Below, one piece after another: positions 40,172-51,053 of a stretch of 64,000 bases of DNA; positions within the stretch are counted from its first letter, which is position 1; the number at the start of each line of letters is the position of its first letter. Both the position numbers and the translations under genes were made by a program. The stretch spans positions 1,868-65,867 of the forward strand of contig JBAROK010000026.1 of assembly GCA_049642065.1 (NCBI GenBank). Reading direction: 5' to 3'. The notes under the pieces were generated by a model. The model saw only the letters and a list, made by a program, of their open reading frames with translations, ran no database searches and was not told the DNA's origin. This DNA is from Candidatus Omnitrophota bacterium. GTDB taxonomy: Bacteria > Omnitrophota > Gorgyraeia > Tantalellales > Tantalellaceae.

Positions 40172-42483
40172 TGATGAAAAAAATCTTTATTGCAGTACTT
40201 GTCTTAGTACTCTTCACTACCTTTACCGGCCTTTCTGTATGGGCGCAACCCGGATCCAAGCAGATAAGCGATATCAAGGTAAAAGGAAACTTCGCCATCA
40301 GCAAGACCACTATCCTGAACAGGCTCAAGATCAAGTCCGGTGACACATTTGATGAAACCGCGCTTAACAAAGAGCTAAAACGACTTTATGCTACAGGATA
40401 TTTCAGCGACGTTTTTGTAGAAACAGAGGATCGGCCCGAAGGTATAGTTATAATATTCACTGTTGTTGAGAAGCCTGTGGTCGAGAAGATAGAGTTCAGA
40501 GGTAATTCCAAGATAAGAAGCGGGCGACTGGCCAAAAAAGTCGCTACAAAAGAAGGTGTATTGCTCGACTTTAATCTTCTTTCACAGGATGCCAATGAGA
40601 TCCAGAACTTTTATATCGAGCAAGGTTACAGCCGCATATCTGTAGAGTACAAGATAGAAAAAGATCCGAAGACAGGTAAAGCAGTGGTCGTTTTCGTTGT
40701 TAACGAAGGAACGCCTCAGAGAATAAAAGATATATACTTTGAAGGGAATAAGAGCATAGCTTCCGGTGAGCTCCAGAAATACATGGCTACAAAAACGGCA
40801 TGGTGGTTCATTCGTAAAGGAGCTTTTAACCGGGAGGAATTCTCTGCAGACCTTGACCGCATAAGAGCCGTTTACAGAAACAAGGGGCTTCTGGATGCTA
40901 GGGTTAGCTATAAAGAAACTTTCTCTGAGGATGGCAGCGAGATATATCTTACGGTTATGATTACAGAAGGCGAACAGTATATGGTGGGGGAAGTAACCGT
41001 AGATGGCCAGCTTGCCTTCCCGGAAAAAGAGATCAAAGACCAGATTAAAGTAAAACCAGGAGACCCGTTCGATTATGAAAAAATAAAAGAAGATATGGAA
41101 CGCGTAAGGTCGTTGTATTATGACAGGGGATATATGAACGCCGAAGTGGACCTGCAGCATAAATACAACGCGACGAACGGGAGGATGGACCTTAAATACA
41201 AGATCATAGCTCATGATGAAGTATATGTTGGCAGGATAAACGTCATAGGTAACACCAGGACAAAGGACAAGGTTGTCCGCAGGGAGCTGAGGGTCTATCC
41301 GGGCGAAAAATATGACGGCAAGAAACTGAAGAAGAGTAAAGAGAGGATATATAATCTCGGGTTCTTTGAAGATGTTTATTTTGATACCATCCAGACAAAA
41401 GAAGGCGATATAAAGAATCTCAACGTAACGGTCAAGGAAACCAAGACCGGGGAACTGTCGTTCGGTGGTGGGTACAGTTCTGTAGATTCCTTTTTAGGGT
41501 TTGCTCAGGTAAGACAAAGAAACTTTGATATTCTGAACTTTCCGACCTTTACCGGCGGTGGTCAGGATCTTACGATAAGAGGGGAAATGGGAACCGCTCG
41601 GACGAACTATTTTCTGAGCTGGACGGATCCGTGGATATTTGATTATCCGTTTCTTTTTGGGTTTGATATCTATCGTAACGAACAAGACAGGTACGGAAAA
41701 GCCGGATGGGGATATGACGAAAGAAGAGTGGGGGGATCCCTCAGGCTGGGCAAAGAGATAACAGACGAACTTAGTACGGGTCTTGTTTATAACCTTGAAG
41801 AGGTAAAGATATCGAATATACCCGATAATGCTACTAACGCTCTCAGAAGAGAGCTTGGTGAGAACTGGTTAAGCCGTCTTACCTGGAACACCGCGTATGA
41901 CGTAAGAGACAACAAGTATTCACCGACCAAAGGATGGCTCGCTACCATCGCGCTTGAGAACGCGGGCGGTTTTCTGGGCGGAGATAGAGATTTTGTTAAA
42001 GGATTCGGTAGCCTCAGCTGGTACCATAGCCTAATGGAGCAGGTCGTGCTTGAACTCAAGGCGCGTGCCGGTGGGGTAGAGCCTTACGGTGATTCAGATG
42101 AAGTGCCTATCTATGAAAGGTTCTTTGCCGGTGGAGCGACGACCATACGCGGATATAAGCAAAGAGGTGTAGGCCCCAGGGATCAGGGGACTAACTCCGC
42201 GATTGGTGGAAGAGCTCTGGTTATCGGTAACGTGGAGGTGACCTTCCCGATATGGAAGAACCTTATCAAGGGTGCGGTCTTCTACGATATTGGTAATGTC
42301 TGGGAAAAATTCGATTTTGCAGGAACTAAAGATGATACGGGATTCAAGTCAGGTACCGGTATAGGCGTAAGGGTTAAAACGCCTATAGGTCCCGTAAAAC
42401 TTGATTATGGATACCCACTTAGTGATAATTATGGCGACAAAAAGAACGGTGAATTTTACTTTAGCGTTACCCACGGTTTCTAA
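40168..42483 (+). CDS. bamA: outer membrane protein assembly factor BamA
   Basis: Signal peptide, five POTRA-like repeats and a C-terminal Omp85 beta-barrel ending in the F-x-F-like TDPWIFDYPF motif; 771 aa. Confidence 0.9.
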   Translation: MMMKKIFIAVLVLVLFTTFTGLSVWAQPGSKQISDIKVKGNFAISKTTILNRLKIKSGDTFDETALNKELKRLYATGYFSDVFVETEDRPEGIVIIFTVVEKPVVEKIEFRGNSKIRSGRLAKKVATKEGVLLDFNLLSQDANEIQNFYIEQGYSRISVEYKIEKDPKTGKAVVVFVVNEGTPQRIKDIYFEGNKSIASGELQKYMATKTAWWFIRKGAFNREEFSADLDRIRAVYRNKGLLDARVSYKETFSEDGSEIYLTVMITEGEQYMVGEVTVDGQLAFPEKEIKDQIKVKPGDPFDYEKIKEDMERVRSLYYDRGYMNAEVDLQHKYNATNGRMDLKYKIIAHDEVYVGRINVIGNTRTKDKVVRRELRVYPGEKYDGKKLKKSKERIYNLGFFEDVYFDTIQTKEGDIKNLNVTVKETKTGELSFGGGYSSVDSFLGFAQVRQRNFDILNFPTFTGGGQDLTIRGEMGTARTNYFLSWTDPWIFDYPFLFGFDIYRNEQDRYGKAGWGYDERRVGGSLRLGKEITDELSTGLVYNLEEVKISNIPDNATNALRRELGENWLSRLTWNTAYDVRDNKYSPTKGWLATIALENAGGFLGGDRDFVKGFGSLSWYHSLMEQVVLELKARAGGVEPYGDSDEVPIYERFFAGGATTIRGYKQRGVGPRDQGTNSAIGGRALVIGNVEVTFPIWKNLIKGAVFYDIGNVWEKFDFAGTKDDTGFKSGTGIGVRVKTPIGPVKLDYGYPLSDNYGDKKNGEFYFSVTHGF

Positions 42484-42499
42484 AATGAAGGGAGTCAAA

Positions 42500-43000
42500 A
42501 TGACTAAAAAAACGATAGTGGTTCTAATAGCAGTTTTCATGATATTAAGTCTTCTTGTGCCTGCCGCTCAAGCCAAGGATGGGAAGATGGGATACGTTGA
42601 TCTAAGAAAAGCGTTCTACGAATACGAAAAGACCAAGACCATGGAATCGCAGCTTACCGACGAAACGGAAAGCCGGCAGACAGAACGCACGAAAATGATC
42701 GAGAAGATCAATAAGATTAGAGACGAAGTTGAACTGCTTAGCGGCAAGGCAAAGACAAGCAAACAAGCCGAGATCGATAATGGGCTGGCTGCGTTGCAGG
42801 AATTTGACAGAGAGACCAGGCAGACCTTGCTCAACAAAAAGAATGATATGTTCCGCGAAGTTATAGAAGATATCCAGAAGGTCGTTGAAACGATAGGCGA
42901 GAAAGACGGATACGATTATGTGATGGACTCAAGGAACATAATGTACGCGAAACCTGAATTTGATCTTACGGAGCGGGTGATCAAAGAGCTGAATAAATAA
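42500..43000 (+). CDS. skp: periplasmic chaperone Skp (OmpH)
   Basis: Signal peptide followed by a coiled-coil-rich body; GYVDLRKAF is a Skp-type start. ATG at 42500 follows the RBS gggag, and the gene sits directly after bamA. Confidence 0.8.
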   Translation: MTKKTIVVLIAVFMILSLLVPAAQAKDGKMGYVDLRKAFYEYEKTKTMESQLTDETESRQTERTKMIEKINKIRDEVELLSGKAKTSKQAEIDNGLAALQEFDRETRQTLLNKKNDMFREVIEDIQKVVETIGEKDGYDYVMDSRNIMYAKPEFDLTERVIKELNK

Positions 43001-43082
43001 GCTGGTAGCCGTAAACTATAAGGTATAAATTTTTTGTAGGCCGGGCACTCCCGGCCTACAAGCGTTAAGGGGCGCGATATAA

Positions 43083-43928
43083 ATGACAGAGAGCCAGAGA
43101 ACCATCAAAAACGAGGTACAGTTTTCAGGAAAGGCCCTTCAGACAGGGCGTTCTGTTGATGTAGTTTGCAGGCCTGGTGGTCTGGACTCCGGCGTGATCT
43201 TTAAAAGAACTGATATCCCAGGCGCCCCGGCGTTACATCTAAAAGATGTTGCGCTATCTGATGAGCATGATAGAAGAACCACGATAGGCGCAGGACCTGT
43301 AGCGATACAGACGGTCGAGCATTTTCTTGCGGCGTTATGGTGTCTTGGTATAGATAACCTGGAGGTCGAAGTGAACGCTCCCGAACTTCCGGCAACGGAT
43401 GGTAGCGCTCTCGGGTTCCTTGAAAAGTTAAAAGAAGCAGGTATTGTAGAACAATCTGCTACGCGCCGCATAATCAAGATCCAGGAGATTATCGAGGTAA
43501 AGGACGGGGATCGGTCACTTACGATATCACCCGACGAAAAGTTCCGCGTCTCGTATCTTATCGATTACAAGGTCAAGTGTATTGGACGGGAAGTTTTTGA
43601 GATAGATCTGGACCCGGCAGTTTTTGAAAAAGAGATAGCTCCAGCGAGGACTTTTTGTACGAAAAGAGAAGCTCTTTTTCTTTTCTTGGCAGGGTTTGGG
43701 CGCGGCGCCAATTTAAGCAATACTCTCGTTCTCGGGAACAAGGGCCCGTTCGGGACAAAGTTCAGGTTCCCGAACGAGCCGGTAAGGCATAAAGTGCTGG
43801 ATCTGGTGGGAGACCTTTATATGCTCGGGATGCCGGTTCTTGGCAGGGTCGTTGCCGAAAAATCGGGACATAAGCTTAACGGCAAGTTAGTGGAAGAAAT
43901 ATACAAAAGATATATAGAGAGCTCATAA
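43083..43928 (+). CDS. lpxC: UDP-3-O-acyl-N-acetylglucosamine deacetylase
   Basis: QRTIKNEVQFSGKALQTG N-terminus; 281 aa, the LpxC length. Confidence 0.9.
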   Translation: MTESQRTIKNEVQFSGKALQTGRSVDVVCRPGGLDSGVIFKRTDIPGAPALHLKDVALSDEHDRRTTIGAGPVAIQTVEHFLAALWCLGIDNLEVEVNAPELPATDGSALGFLEKLKEAGIVEQSATRRIIKIQEIIEVKDGDRSLTISPDEKFRVSYLIDYKVKCIGREVFEIDLDPAVFEKEIAPARTFCTKREALFLFLAGFGRGANLSNTLVLGNKGPFGTKFRFPNEPVRHKVLDLVGDLYMLGMPVLGRVVAEKSGHKLNGKLVEEIYKRYIESS

Positions 43929-43943
43929 AGGAAAGGAAACGAC

Positions 43944-44399
43944 ATGGGCGAAAAAACAATGAATATCAAACAGATAATGGAGCGAATACCGCACAGGTAC
44001 CCGTTCCTCTTGGTTGACAGAGTGCTGGATTATGAAGAAAAGAAATGGATAAAAGCTATAAAGAACGTGACAATGAACGAGCCTTTCTTCCAGGGACATT
44101 TTCCAGCGGAACCTATTATGCCCGGGGTGCTTCAGCTAGAGGCTTTGGCGCAGACAGGCGGGATACTGGCTATGCTGGGTGAATCCCAGAGCGATAAGCT
44201 GGCGTTCTTTATGACCATAAACAACGCTAAGTTCCGTAAGCCTGTTGTTCCCGGAGATCAGCTTCTTTTTTATGTTACGTTCGAAAAGATCGTTCGCGGA
44301 AGCATTATCCAGACTCATGGAGAAGCTTCGGTTGACGGCAACCTGGTCTGTGAAGCGGACCTTATGTTCAGCATAGTTGATAAGGGTAAACTCAAATAA
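43944..44399 (+). CDS. fabZ: 3-hydroxyacyl-[acyl-carrier-protein] dehydratase
   Basis: LPHRYPFLLVDRV and the hot-dog-fold active site FFQGHFP...PGVL. Confidence 0.95.
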   Translation: MGEKTMNIKQIMERIPHRYPFLLVDRVLDYEEKKWIKAIKNVTMNEPFFQGHFPAEPIMPGVLQLEALAQTGGILAMLGESQSDKLAFFMTINNAKFRKPVVPGDQLLFYVTFEKIVRGSIIQTHGEASVDGNLVCEADLMFSIVDKGKLK

Positions 44400-45199
44400 T
44401 GGATAAAGTAGCTTTGATCGCCGGTGGAGGAATTCTGCCGCTTGAATTCATAAGGTCTGCCAAGAAGACCGATGATAAGGTAGTGGTTTTTGCGCTTAAT
44501 AAAATGGCTTCACCGGAACTGGACAAAGAAGCCGATAAGATCTATTGGCTGGATATCGGGCAGTATGCCAAGTTCGTATTCTTTATTATGAAGGAAAGGG
44601 TTCGCAAACTGGCTTTTATTGGCAAGGTCGATAAAAGTATTATTTACAAAGAGAAGAAGCAGGACGACCAGACCCGTGAAGGGCTGAAAACCCTGAAGGA
44701 TAAAAAAGATTATTCTATTATGGAGGAAATCACAAGAAGGCTCAAGCAAGTAGGAATAGAAGTAATAGATGGTAAGAAATACTTATCCCATCTTTTAGCA
44801 GAAAAAGGCCTTTTAAGCAAAACAACTCCTGATGAGCGCATAGAAGAAGATATAGAATTCGGGTTCGAAACCGCCAAAAAATTAGCCGGTATGGATATAG
44901 GCCAGACAGTGGTCGTAAAGAATAAGACCATTGTGGCGGTAGAGGCGATGGAGGGGACCGATGCGACGATTGACAGAGCCGGATCCATTGCCGGAGATGG
45001 CTGCGTCATGATAAAAGTGAGCCGTCCGCAGCAGGACATGAGATGGGATGTACCGACAGTTGGTCTTGAGACAATGAAAAAACTTGCCGAAAACAATTTC
45101 AGCGCTCTTGCCATAGAAAGCGGCAGGATGTATTTGGTGGAAAAGGATAAATTCATCGAAATGGCAGATTCCAGCAATATAGCCGTAAAGGCGCTGTAA
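44399..45199 (+). CDS. lpxI: UDP-2,3-diacylglucosamine hydrolase LpxI (DUF1009 family)
   Basis: VALIAGGGILP N-terminus; 266 aa; positioned between fabZ and lpxB. Confidence 0.7.
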   Translation: MDKVALIAGGGILPLEFIRSAKKTDDKVVVFALNKMASPELDKEADKIYWLDIGQYAKFVFFIMKERVRKLAFIGKVDKSIIYKEKKQDDQTREGLKTLKDKKDYSIMEEITRRLKQVGIEVIDGKKYLSHLLAEKGLLSKTTPDERIEEDIEFGFETAKKLAGMDIGQTVVVKNKTIVAVEAMEGTDATIDRAGSIAGDGCVMIKVSRPQQDMRWDVPTVGLETMKKLAENNFSALAIESGRMYLVEKDKFIEMADSSNIAVKAL

Positions 45200-45217
45200 C
45201 CTCATATTGATCTAGTC

Positions 45218-46345
45218 ATGAACAAGAATATTCTTATAATAGCGGGAGAAGCTTCGGGGGATGTACGCGGGAGTGAACTCTTAAGAGAGCTGGTCCCTTT
45301 GCTTAGCGGTACGCACTTTTGGGGTGTTGGTGGAAATCGCATGGAAGAAGAAGGGGTAGAGCTTATAGAACATATACGCGACCTTTCTATGGTAGGCATT
45401 GTTGAGATACTCAAAAAACTCCCACAGATACGAGCTCATTATAACAACATTACTTCGCAGGTCATAAAAAGGAAACCGGAGCTGGCGATACTTATAGATT
45501 ATCCTGGATTTAACCTGAAAATAGCTAAATTCCTTAAGAAGCAGGGTATCCCGGTTATCTATTACATAATACCGCAGGTATGGGCATGGGGCCCTTGGAG
45601 AATAAAGACAATAAAAGAACGTGTCTCAAAAGCGCTTGTTCTTTTTGATTTTGAAGAAAAGTTATTAAAAGAATCCGGCGTGGATTGTGAATTCGTCGGA
45701 CATCCTCTGGTAGACGAAGCGCCATCGGCGTCAGATCGTAGCGGAAAGGAGCACTTGAGAGTAGCTCTTCTTCCGGGATCCAGGAACAATGAGATAAATG
45801 CGATACTTCCCGTAATGCTTGATGCAGCTGAAAAGATACGGTCCGTCCGTAGCGATACGCATTTCATCGTTGCCGAAAGTTCAAACATCCAAAAAGACAC
45901 GTACGATGCCATGCTTTCTCGGCATGAAAACCTTGATATAGAGCGGGTTACGAACGATACGTTCAGTTGTCTTGACAAATGTGATTTCGCTATTGTTGCT
46001 TCCGGAACAGCTACTCTTGAGACAGCCGTCATGGAGAGGCCAATGGTTATCACATACAAGGTATCGCCGGTTACGGCGTTTATTGCCCGGCTCTTGCAAA
46101 CGGTACCGTTTTTGGGGCTTGTCAACATAATCGCCGGGAAGGAAGTCGCGCCGGAACTTCTTCAAGAAGACGCCACTAGCGAGAAATTATCCGGGAAAGC
46201 CTTGGAAATACTAGGTAATAGCTCAATGATGGACGGCATGAAAAAAGAGCTGCGTGAGGTGAAACATCACCTTGGAGAAAAAGGCGCTGCAAAACGTGCC
46301 GCACTCGCCGTAAAAAACTTCATTAATAAAAAATCCGGAACTTAG
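45218..46345 (+). CDS. lpxB: lipid-A-disaccharide synthase
   Basis: ILIIAGEASGD start, a GT-B fold, and LLPGSR; 375 aa. Confidence 0.9.
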   Translation: MNKNILIIAGEASGDVRGSELLRELVPLLSGTHFWGVGGNRMEEEGVELIEHIRDLSMVGIVEILKKLPQIRAHYNNITSQVIKRKPELAILIDYPGFNLKIAKFLKKQGIPVIYYIIPQVWAWGPWRIKTIKERVSKALVLFDFEEKLLKESGVDCEFVGHPLVDEAPSASDRSGKEHLRVALLPGSRNNEINAILPVMLDAAEKIRSVRSDTHFIVAESSNIQKDTYDAMLSRHENLDIERVTNDTFSCLDKCDFAIVASGTATLETAVMERPMVITYKVSPVTAFIARLLQTVPFLGLVNIIAGKEVAPELLQEDATSEKLSGKALEILGNSSMMDGMKKELREVKHHLGEKGAAKRAALAVKNFINKKSGT

Positions 46346-47289
46346 AGAAAAGAAACCTGATTGCTATTTATCTTATCAAGTATAGCAAGGGCGACTTCTA
46401 AGGCTTGCCTGCCTTCATGGCCGGAAACGATCGGTTTTTTATTTTTACGGACGCAATCGATGAACGATTTAAGTTCGACTTTGAGTGCGTCCTTTTTTCT
46501 TATCCGTATTCTCTGTTTATCAAGCTCTTCGTCGGATTTCAAGAAAAGGAACGCTTCCTGATGCTGGAAGTCCAGTAGGATATAGGACTGTTCCTGGAAG
46601 ATGCGTATTTTACGTGTTTCTTCCTTGGTAACACGGCTGGCAGTGATATCAGCGATAACGTTATTATGAAAAGTCAGGCGAACGTTCGCGAGGTCTTCAT
46701 GGTCTGAGACCGTGCTTATGCCTACCGCTTCGATCTCTTTTACCGTGGAGTTGACTAACCCCAGGATGATATCAATATCGTGTATCATAAGATCGAGTAC
46801 CACGCCTACGTCCTTGATACGTTTTTTTCTTTTTATGGATCCAAGCCTCTGGCATTCGATGAACTTGGGTTTAAGCATTAAGGGTTCGATAGCCCTTACG
46901 GCGGAATTAAACCTCTCAATATGGCCTACCTGTAGGATAAGGTCTTTATCTTCGGCGAGTTGAATAAGTTCATCCGCTTCTTCCAGGGTTTTAGCCATGG
47001 GTTTTTCTACAAGCACATGGACACCGGCTTTCAGGAAATCTCTGGCAACTTCATGGTGAAGGGTGGTCGGCACGACTATACTTACGGCGTCTACCTTATC
47101 CAAGAGTTCATGGTAGTTCGTGTAGTAAGGCACGTTATATCTTTTACCGACTTCTTTAGCAGCTTTTTTATTCTTATCGCAGACACCGATAAGTTCTATG
47201 CCTGATTTTTTGGCAATATTAGAGTAGACTTTGGCATGGAATGAGCCAAGGTGTCCGGTACCTATAACAGCTATACGTATTTTATCCAT
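46342..47289 (-). CDS. Gfo/Idh/MocA-family NAD(P)-dependent oxidoreductase (possibly a UDP-GlcNAc 3-dehydrogenase GnnA-like enzyme)
   Basis: Rossmann fold IAVIGTGHLG, EKP motif, 315 aa. Convergent with lpxB, overlapping by 4 nt. Confidence 0.75.
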   Translation of the reverse strand: MDKIRIAVIGTGHLGSFHAKVYSNIAKKSGIELIGVCDKNKKAAKEVGKRYNVPYYTNYHELLDKVDAVSIVVPTTLHHEVARDFLKAGVHVLVEKPMAKTLEEADELIQLAEDKDLILQVGHIERFNSAVRAIEPLMLKPKFIECQRLGSIKRKKRIKDVGVVLDLMIHDIDIILGLVNSTVKEIEAVGISTVSDHEDLANVRLTFHNNVIADITASRVTKEETRKIRIFQEQSYILLDFQHQEAFLFLKSDEELDKQRIRIRKKDALKVELKSFIDCVRKNKKPIVSGHEGRQALEVALAILDKINSNQVSFL

Positions 47290-47471
47290 GATTTATGCGA
47301 TATTATTGTTATAGTTAATATAAATATCCAGAAGATTATAGCACTATTAGGTCGCAAGGGCAAGCTTTTCAAGGGCTATAGCGCAGTATAGGCCATTCCC
47401 TGAATACCTCGACAAAGAGGGGCACATATGCTAAAATCTTCACTTACATTGCTTAAAAAGGCTAACTTTAT

Positions 47472-49304
47472 ATGAAGAATTACTTTAGGTTCATGAAACT
47501 TATGCTCCCGCACGGGGGTGTTTTCGCTCTGGCGATACTGTGTATGGTCCTGGCGACGGCTTTCAGTGCGTCACCTTTAGGGCTTATTATACCCTTGGTA
47601 GATAAGATCATTAGTGGCAAAGATATCCTTATACCTGCCGGGGTAAATGCGCCCCAGATACTGGTCGATGCGGTACAAAAAATTAACGCATTGCCACCAT
47701 TAAAACTGCTTAACATAATGACGGTAATGGTGGTGTTTCTATTTATTCTTAAGGGTATTTTTGAGTTTTTTCAGACGTATCTGATGAGTGACGTAAGCCA
47801 GCGGGTTATTCGGGATCTTAAGGACACCATCTACAAGAAACTTCAGCAGCTCTCAATGGATTTTTACAGCCACAACCCCACAGGGCATCTTATGTCACGT
47901 ATTACATATGATGCCGCCGTGATACGGGACGCTATCGGTACGGGTATTGCAGACACGTTTTACCAGCCGATACAGCTTATTGTATATGCAGGTCTTCTTA
48001 TAAGCGTTAAAGTGTTTTTTGGCGTGCCATGGAGCCTCATATTAGTAAGTTTTGTGATTTTCCCGCTGATACTTTTTCCGGTGGTAAAGATCGGCAAGAG
48101 GCTTCGTAAGATCAGCCAGAGTTCTCAGGAAAAAATAGGCGATATTAATAACATGCTTCTTGAAACGATAGTAGGCATGAAGCTTGTAAAATCGTTTTGC
48201 ATGGAAGACTACGAGTGGAGAAGGTTCAAAGAACACAACAGAATATTTTATAAACTTAACATGAAATCCGTAAAGAGGACAAAGATAGTCAGCCCTCTTA
48301 CTGAAGCCATGGGTGTTCTGTGTGTTGCGATAATATTGTGGATGGCCGGTAAAAGTATTGTTTCCGGGGCGCTTTCAGCGGGTGTTTTCACGGCTTTCCT
48401 GGCGGCGATCTTTTCGATGATGAAACCTTTGAAAAAGCTAAGTAACGTTTACGGTATAAACCAGCAAGCCCTTGCGGCCGCTGACAGGATCTTCCATCTT
48501 CTAGATGAACCGGTAACCATCAAAGAAAAACCGGAAGCAATTGAACTGTCAACGTTCGATAAAGAGATAACCCTCGAAGGCGTACATTTCAGCTATGACC
48601 AGAAAGAGGAAGAGGTGCTTTCGGGAATAGACCTTACTATTAAAAAAGGAGAGGTCGTGGCGCTGGTGGGACCTTCCGGCGGGGGAAAGAGCACGTTGGT
48701 TAATCTTATCCCGAGGTTTTATGATCCCGAAAAAGGTACGGTGCGGATAGACGGGATAGATGTCAGGGATACTAAAGTAGCTTCTCTCCGCGGGCAGATC
48801 GGACTTGTAACACAAGAGACGTTACTTTTTAATGATTCGGTTAAGAACAATATCAGTTACGGTCATGAGGATGTTGATGAAGAGCAGCTAGAGAGTGTTG
48901 CTAAAGCGGCTAACGCGCACAGGTTTATCAAAGATTTTCCAAAAGGATATGATACCATCATCGGCGAAAGAGGCCTGAAAGTTTCGGGTGGCCAGAGGCA
49001 GAGGATAGCTATTGCCAGGGCCGTGTACAAAAATCCGCCTATTCTCATATTTGATGAGGCTACTTCACAGCTTGATACTGAAAGCGAAAAGCTCGTACAG
49101 GAAGCTATCAATAACCTCATGAAAGGCCGTACGGTCATCATGATAGCCCACAGGCTGAGCACGATAACCCATGCTGATAAAATAGTGGTAATTGACAAGG
49201 GCAGGATCGTCGAATCCGGCACTCACGATGAGCTTCTTTCTACAAGTCCTTTGTATAAAAGGCTTTACGAAATGCAGTTCATGAATCAATCACAGCATTC
49301 CTGA
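47472..49304 (+). CDS. msbA: ABC transporter permease/ATPase, MsbA-like lipid A exporter
   Basis: Six TM helices plus a nucleotide-binding domain with Walker A GPSGGGKST, the LSGGQRQRIAIARA signature and Walker B ILIFDEATS. Confidence 0.8.
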   Translation: MKNYFRFMKLMLPHGGVFALAILCMVLATAFSASPLGLIIPLVDKIISGKDILIPAGVNAPQILVDAVQKINALPPLKLLNIMTVMVVFLFILKGIFEFFQTYLMSDVSQRVIRDLKDTIYKKLQQLSMDFYSHNPTGHLMSRITYDAAVIRDAIGTGIADTFYQPIQLIVYAGLLISVKVFFGVPWSLILVSFVIFPLILFPVVKIGKRLRKISQSSQEKIGDINNMLLETIVGMKLVKSFCMEDYEWRRFKEHNRIFYKLNMKSVKRTKIVSPLTEAMGVLCVAIILWMAGKSIVSGALSAGVFTAFLAAIFSMMKPLKKLSNVYGINQQALAAADRIFHLLDEPVTIKEKPEAIELSTFDKEITLEGVHFSYDQKEEEVLSGIDLTIKKGEVVALVGPSGGGKSTLVNLIPRFYDPEKGTVRIDGIDVRDTKVASLRGQIGLVTQETLLFNDSVKNNISYGHEDVDEEQLESVAKAANAHRFIKDFPKGYDTIIGERGLKVSGGQRQRIAIARAVYKNPPILIFDEATSQLDTESEKLVQEAINNLMKGRTVIMIAHRLSTITHADKIVVIDKGRIVESGTHDELLSTSPLYKRLYEMQFMNQSQHS

Positions 49305-49530
49305 TCTATTTCAACAGGCAGTCAATCCTCAAAAATACCGTAAAATACGCATATAATAATGAATTTTATAAAAAATATTATAAAATACTTGAATTTATAT
49401 GCATTTTCTATATAATAATCGTTCAGTATGTGTTTTATTTAAACGAGGTTAAACCGTCGCGCGCAATGGCCTTAGAGGGTTTTTAATTGTGCAATGCAAG
49501 GCTTAGCCGAAAAACAGGAGGAAAGCGAAA

Positions 49531-50419
49531 AATGGCAGCAGGAACAAAAATAATAAGAGAGCTATTGGAGAATGGTGTTCATTTTGGGCATCAGACCAAC
49601 AAGTGGAATCCGAAAATGGAGAGATATATTTTCGGGGCAAAAAGCGGTATCTACATAATCGATCTGAAGAAGACAGAAGAAGCACTTAAAAAAGCTTCAG
49701 ATTTCGTTTACGAACTTGCCGCAGCAGGCAAAAGGGTACTTTTTGCAGGCACGAAAAAACAAGCCAAACAGATCATCAGAGAAGAATCCCAGAGATGCGA
49801 GATGTTCTTTGTGGATGAAAGATGGCTGGGAGGATGTCTCACCAACTTCAGTACGATCATGAAAAGCGTGAAAAAGCTGGACCAGCTTCAGGAGATGAAA
49901 GCCGGCGAAATGTACGAAGCACTAACAAAAAAAGAAAAAGCTCGCCTAGACAGGGAAGAGTATAAGCTGCTCAAGAACCTTGAAGGCATAAGGGACATGA
50001 AACAGCTTCCGGACTGCGTGGTAATAATTGATGCCGAAGCTGAACATATAGCAGTCGCCGAAGCCAGGAAGATAGGTGTACCCGTGATCGCGCTGGTAGA
50101 CACTAACTGCAATCCGGAAATCATCGACTATCCTATACCCGGTAACGACGATGCTATAAGATCCATAAGATACATAGTCACCACACTTGCCGACGCCGCA
50201 GCAAAAGGCCGTAGCGAGTTTATGGGCACGACTATAGGAGAGAGAAAAGAAGAGGCGCCTGTCGAAGTCGAAGAAACTCCCGAGGAAAAAGAAGAAGAGA
50301 AAGAGGCCGAAATAGAGAAAGCTCTTGATGAGGTAGAGGAAGAAGCCGCTGCCGAAGAGGAGACGGCCACAGAAATAGACGATGTTATAGAAGGCGACAT
50401 AAAACTTAACGACGAATAA
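49531..50419 (+). CDS. rpsB: 30S ribosomal protein S2 with an acidic C-terminal extension
   Basis: [30 protein letters not shown]-terminus. RBS aggagg lies 11 nt upstream of the ATG at 49531; the ORF-track start at 49487 is an upstream extension. Confidence 0.93.
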
Positions 50420-50436
50420 AAAAGAGGAGAATATAA

Positions 50437-51027
50437 ATGAGTTTGATGGATGCAGTAAAAAAATTAAGATTCAAGACTTCAGCGGGCATGATGGAGTGTA
50501 AAGATGCTCTTAAGGAGGCGAACGGCGACATAGACAAAGCCGTTGATATACTCAGGAAAAAAGGTATAGCCAAAGCAGCGAAAAAGTCCACACGTGTTGC
50601 CGAACAGGGGGTCGTAGAAAGTTACATACATATGGGCGACAGGATTGGCGTGCTTATAGAAGTGAACTGCGAAACGGATTTTGTCGCGCGGAATCACGAC
50701 TTCAGGAAAATGACCAAAGATCTTTCTATGCAGGTAGCTGCAGCTAACCCGCTTTATGTGGCAAGGGACGATGTGCCGGCTGATGCTATTGAAAAGGAAA
50801 GAGATATTTTCCGCACGCAGATTAAAGACAAGCCGGATAACGTGATCGAAAAGATCGTTGACGGGAAGCTAGAAAAATATTTCTCAGAAGTATGTCTTCT
50901 TGAGCAACCTTTTATAAAGGACCCGAACGTCAGGATAAAGGATCTTGTAACCCAGATCATAGCTACGCTAGGTGAGAACATCAAGGTCAAGAGATTCGTA
51001 CGGTTTGAGGTTGGCGAAGAAGAGTAA
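50437..51027 (+). CDS. tsf: elongation factor Ts (short form)
   Basis: [37 protein letters not shown]-like N-terminus; 196 aa. Confidence 0.92.
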   Translation: MSLMDAVKKLRFKTSAGMMECKDALKEANGDIDKAVDILRKKGIAKAAKKSTRVAEQGVVESYIHMGDRIGVLIEVNCETDFVARNHDFRKMTKDLSMQVAAANPLYVARDDVPADAIEKERDIFRTQIKDKPDNVIEKIVDGKLEKYFSEVCLLEQPFIKDPNVRIKDLVTQIIATLGENIKVKRFVRFEVGEEE

Positions 51028-51053
51028 AGCATTAACCTACAGGCAGGGTCATT

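Noticed and set aside
40582-41214. 210-aa - strand ORF
   Set aside because: Antisense to bamA.
44710-46128. 155-aa and 188-aa - strand ORFs
   Set aside because: Antisense to lpxI and lpxB respectively. No start signals.
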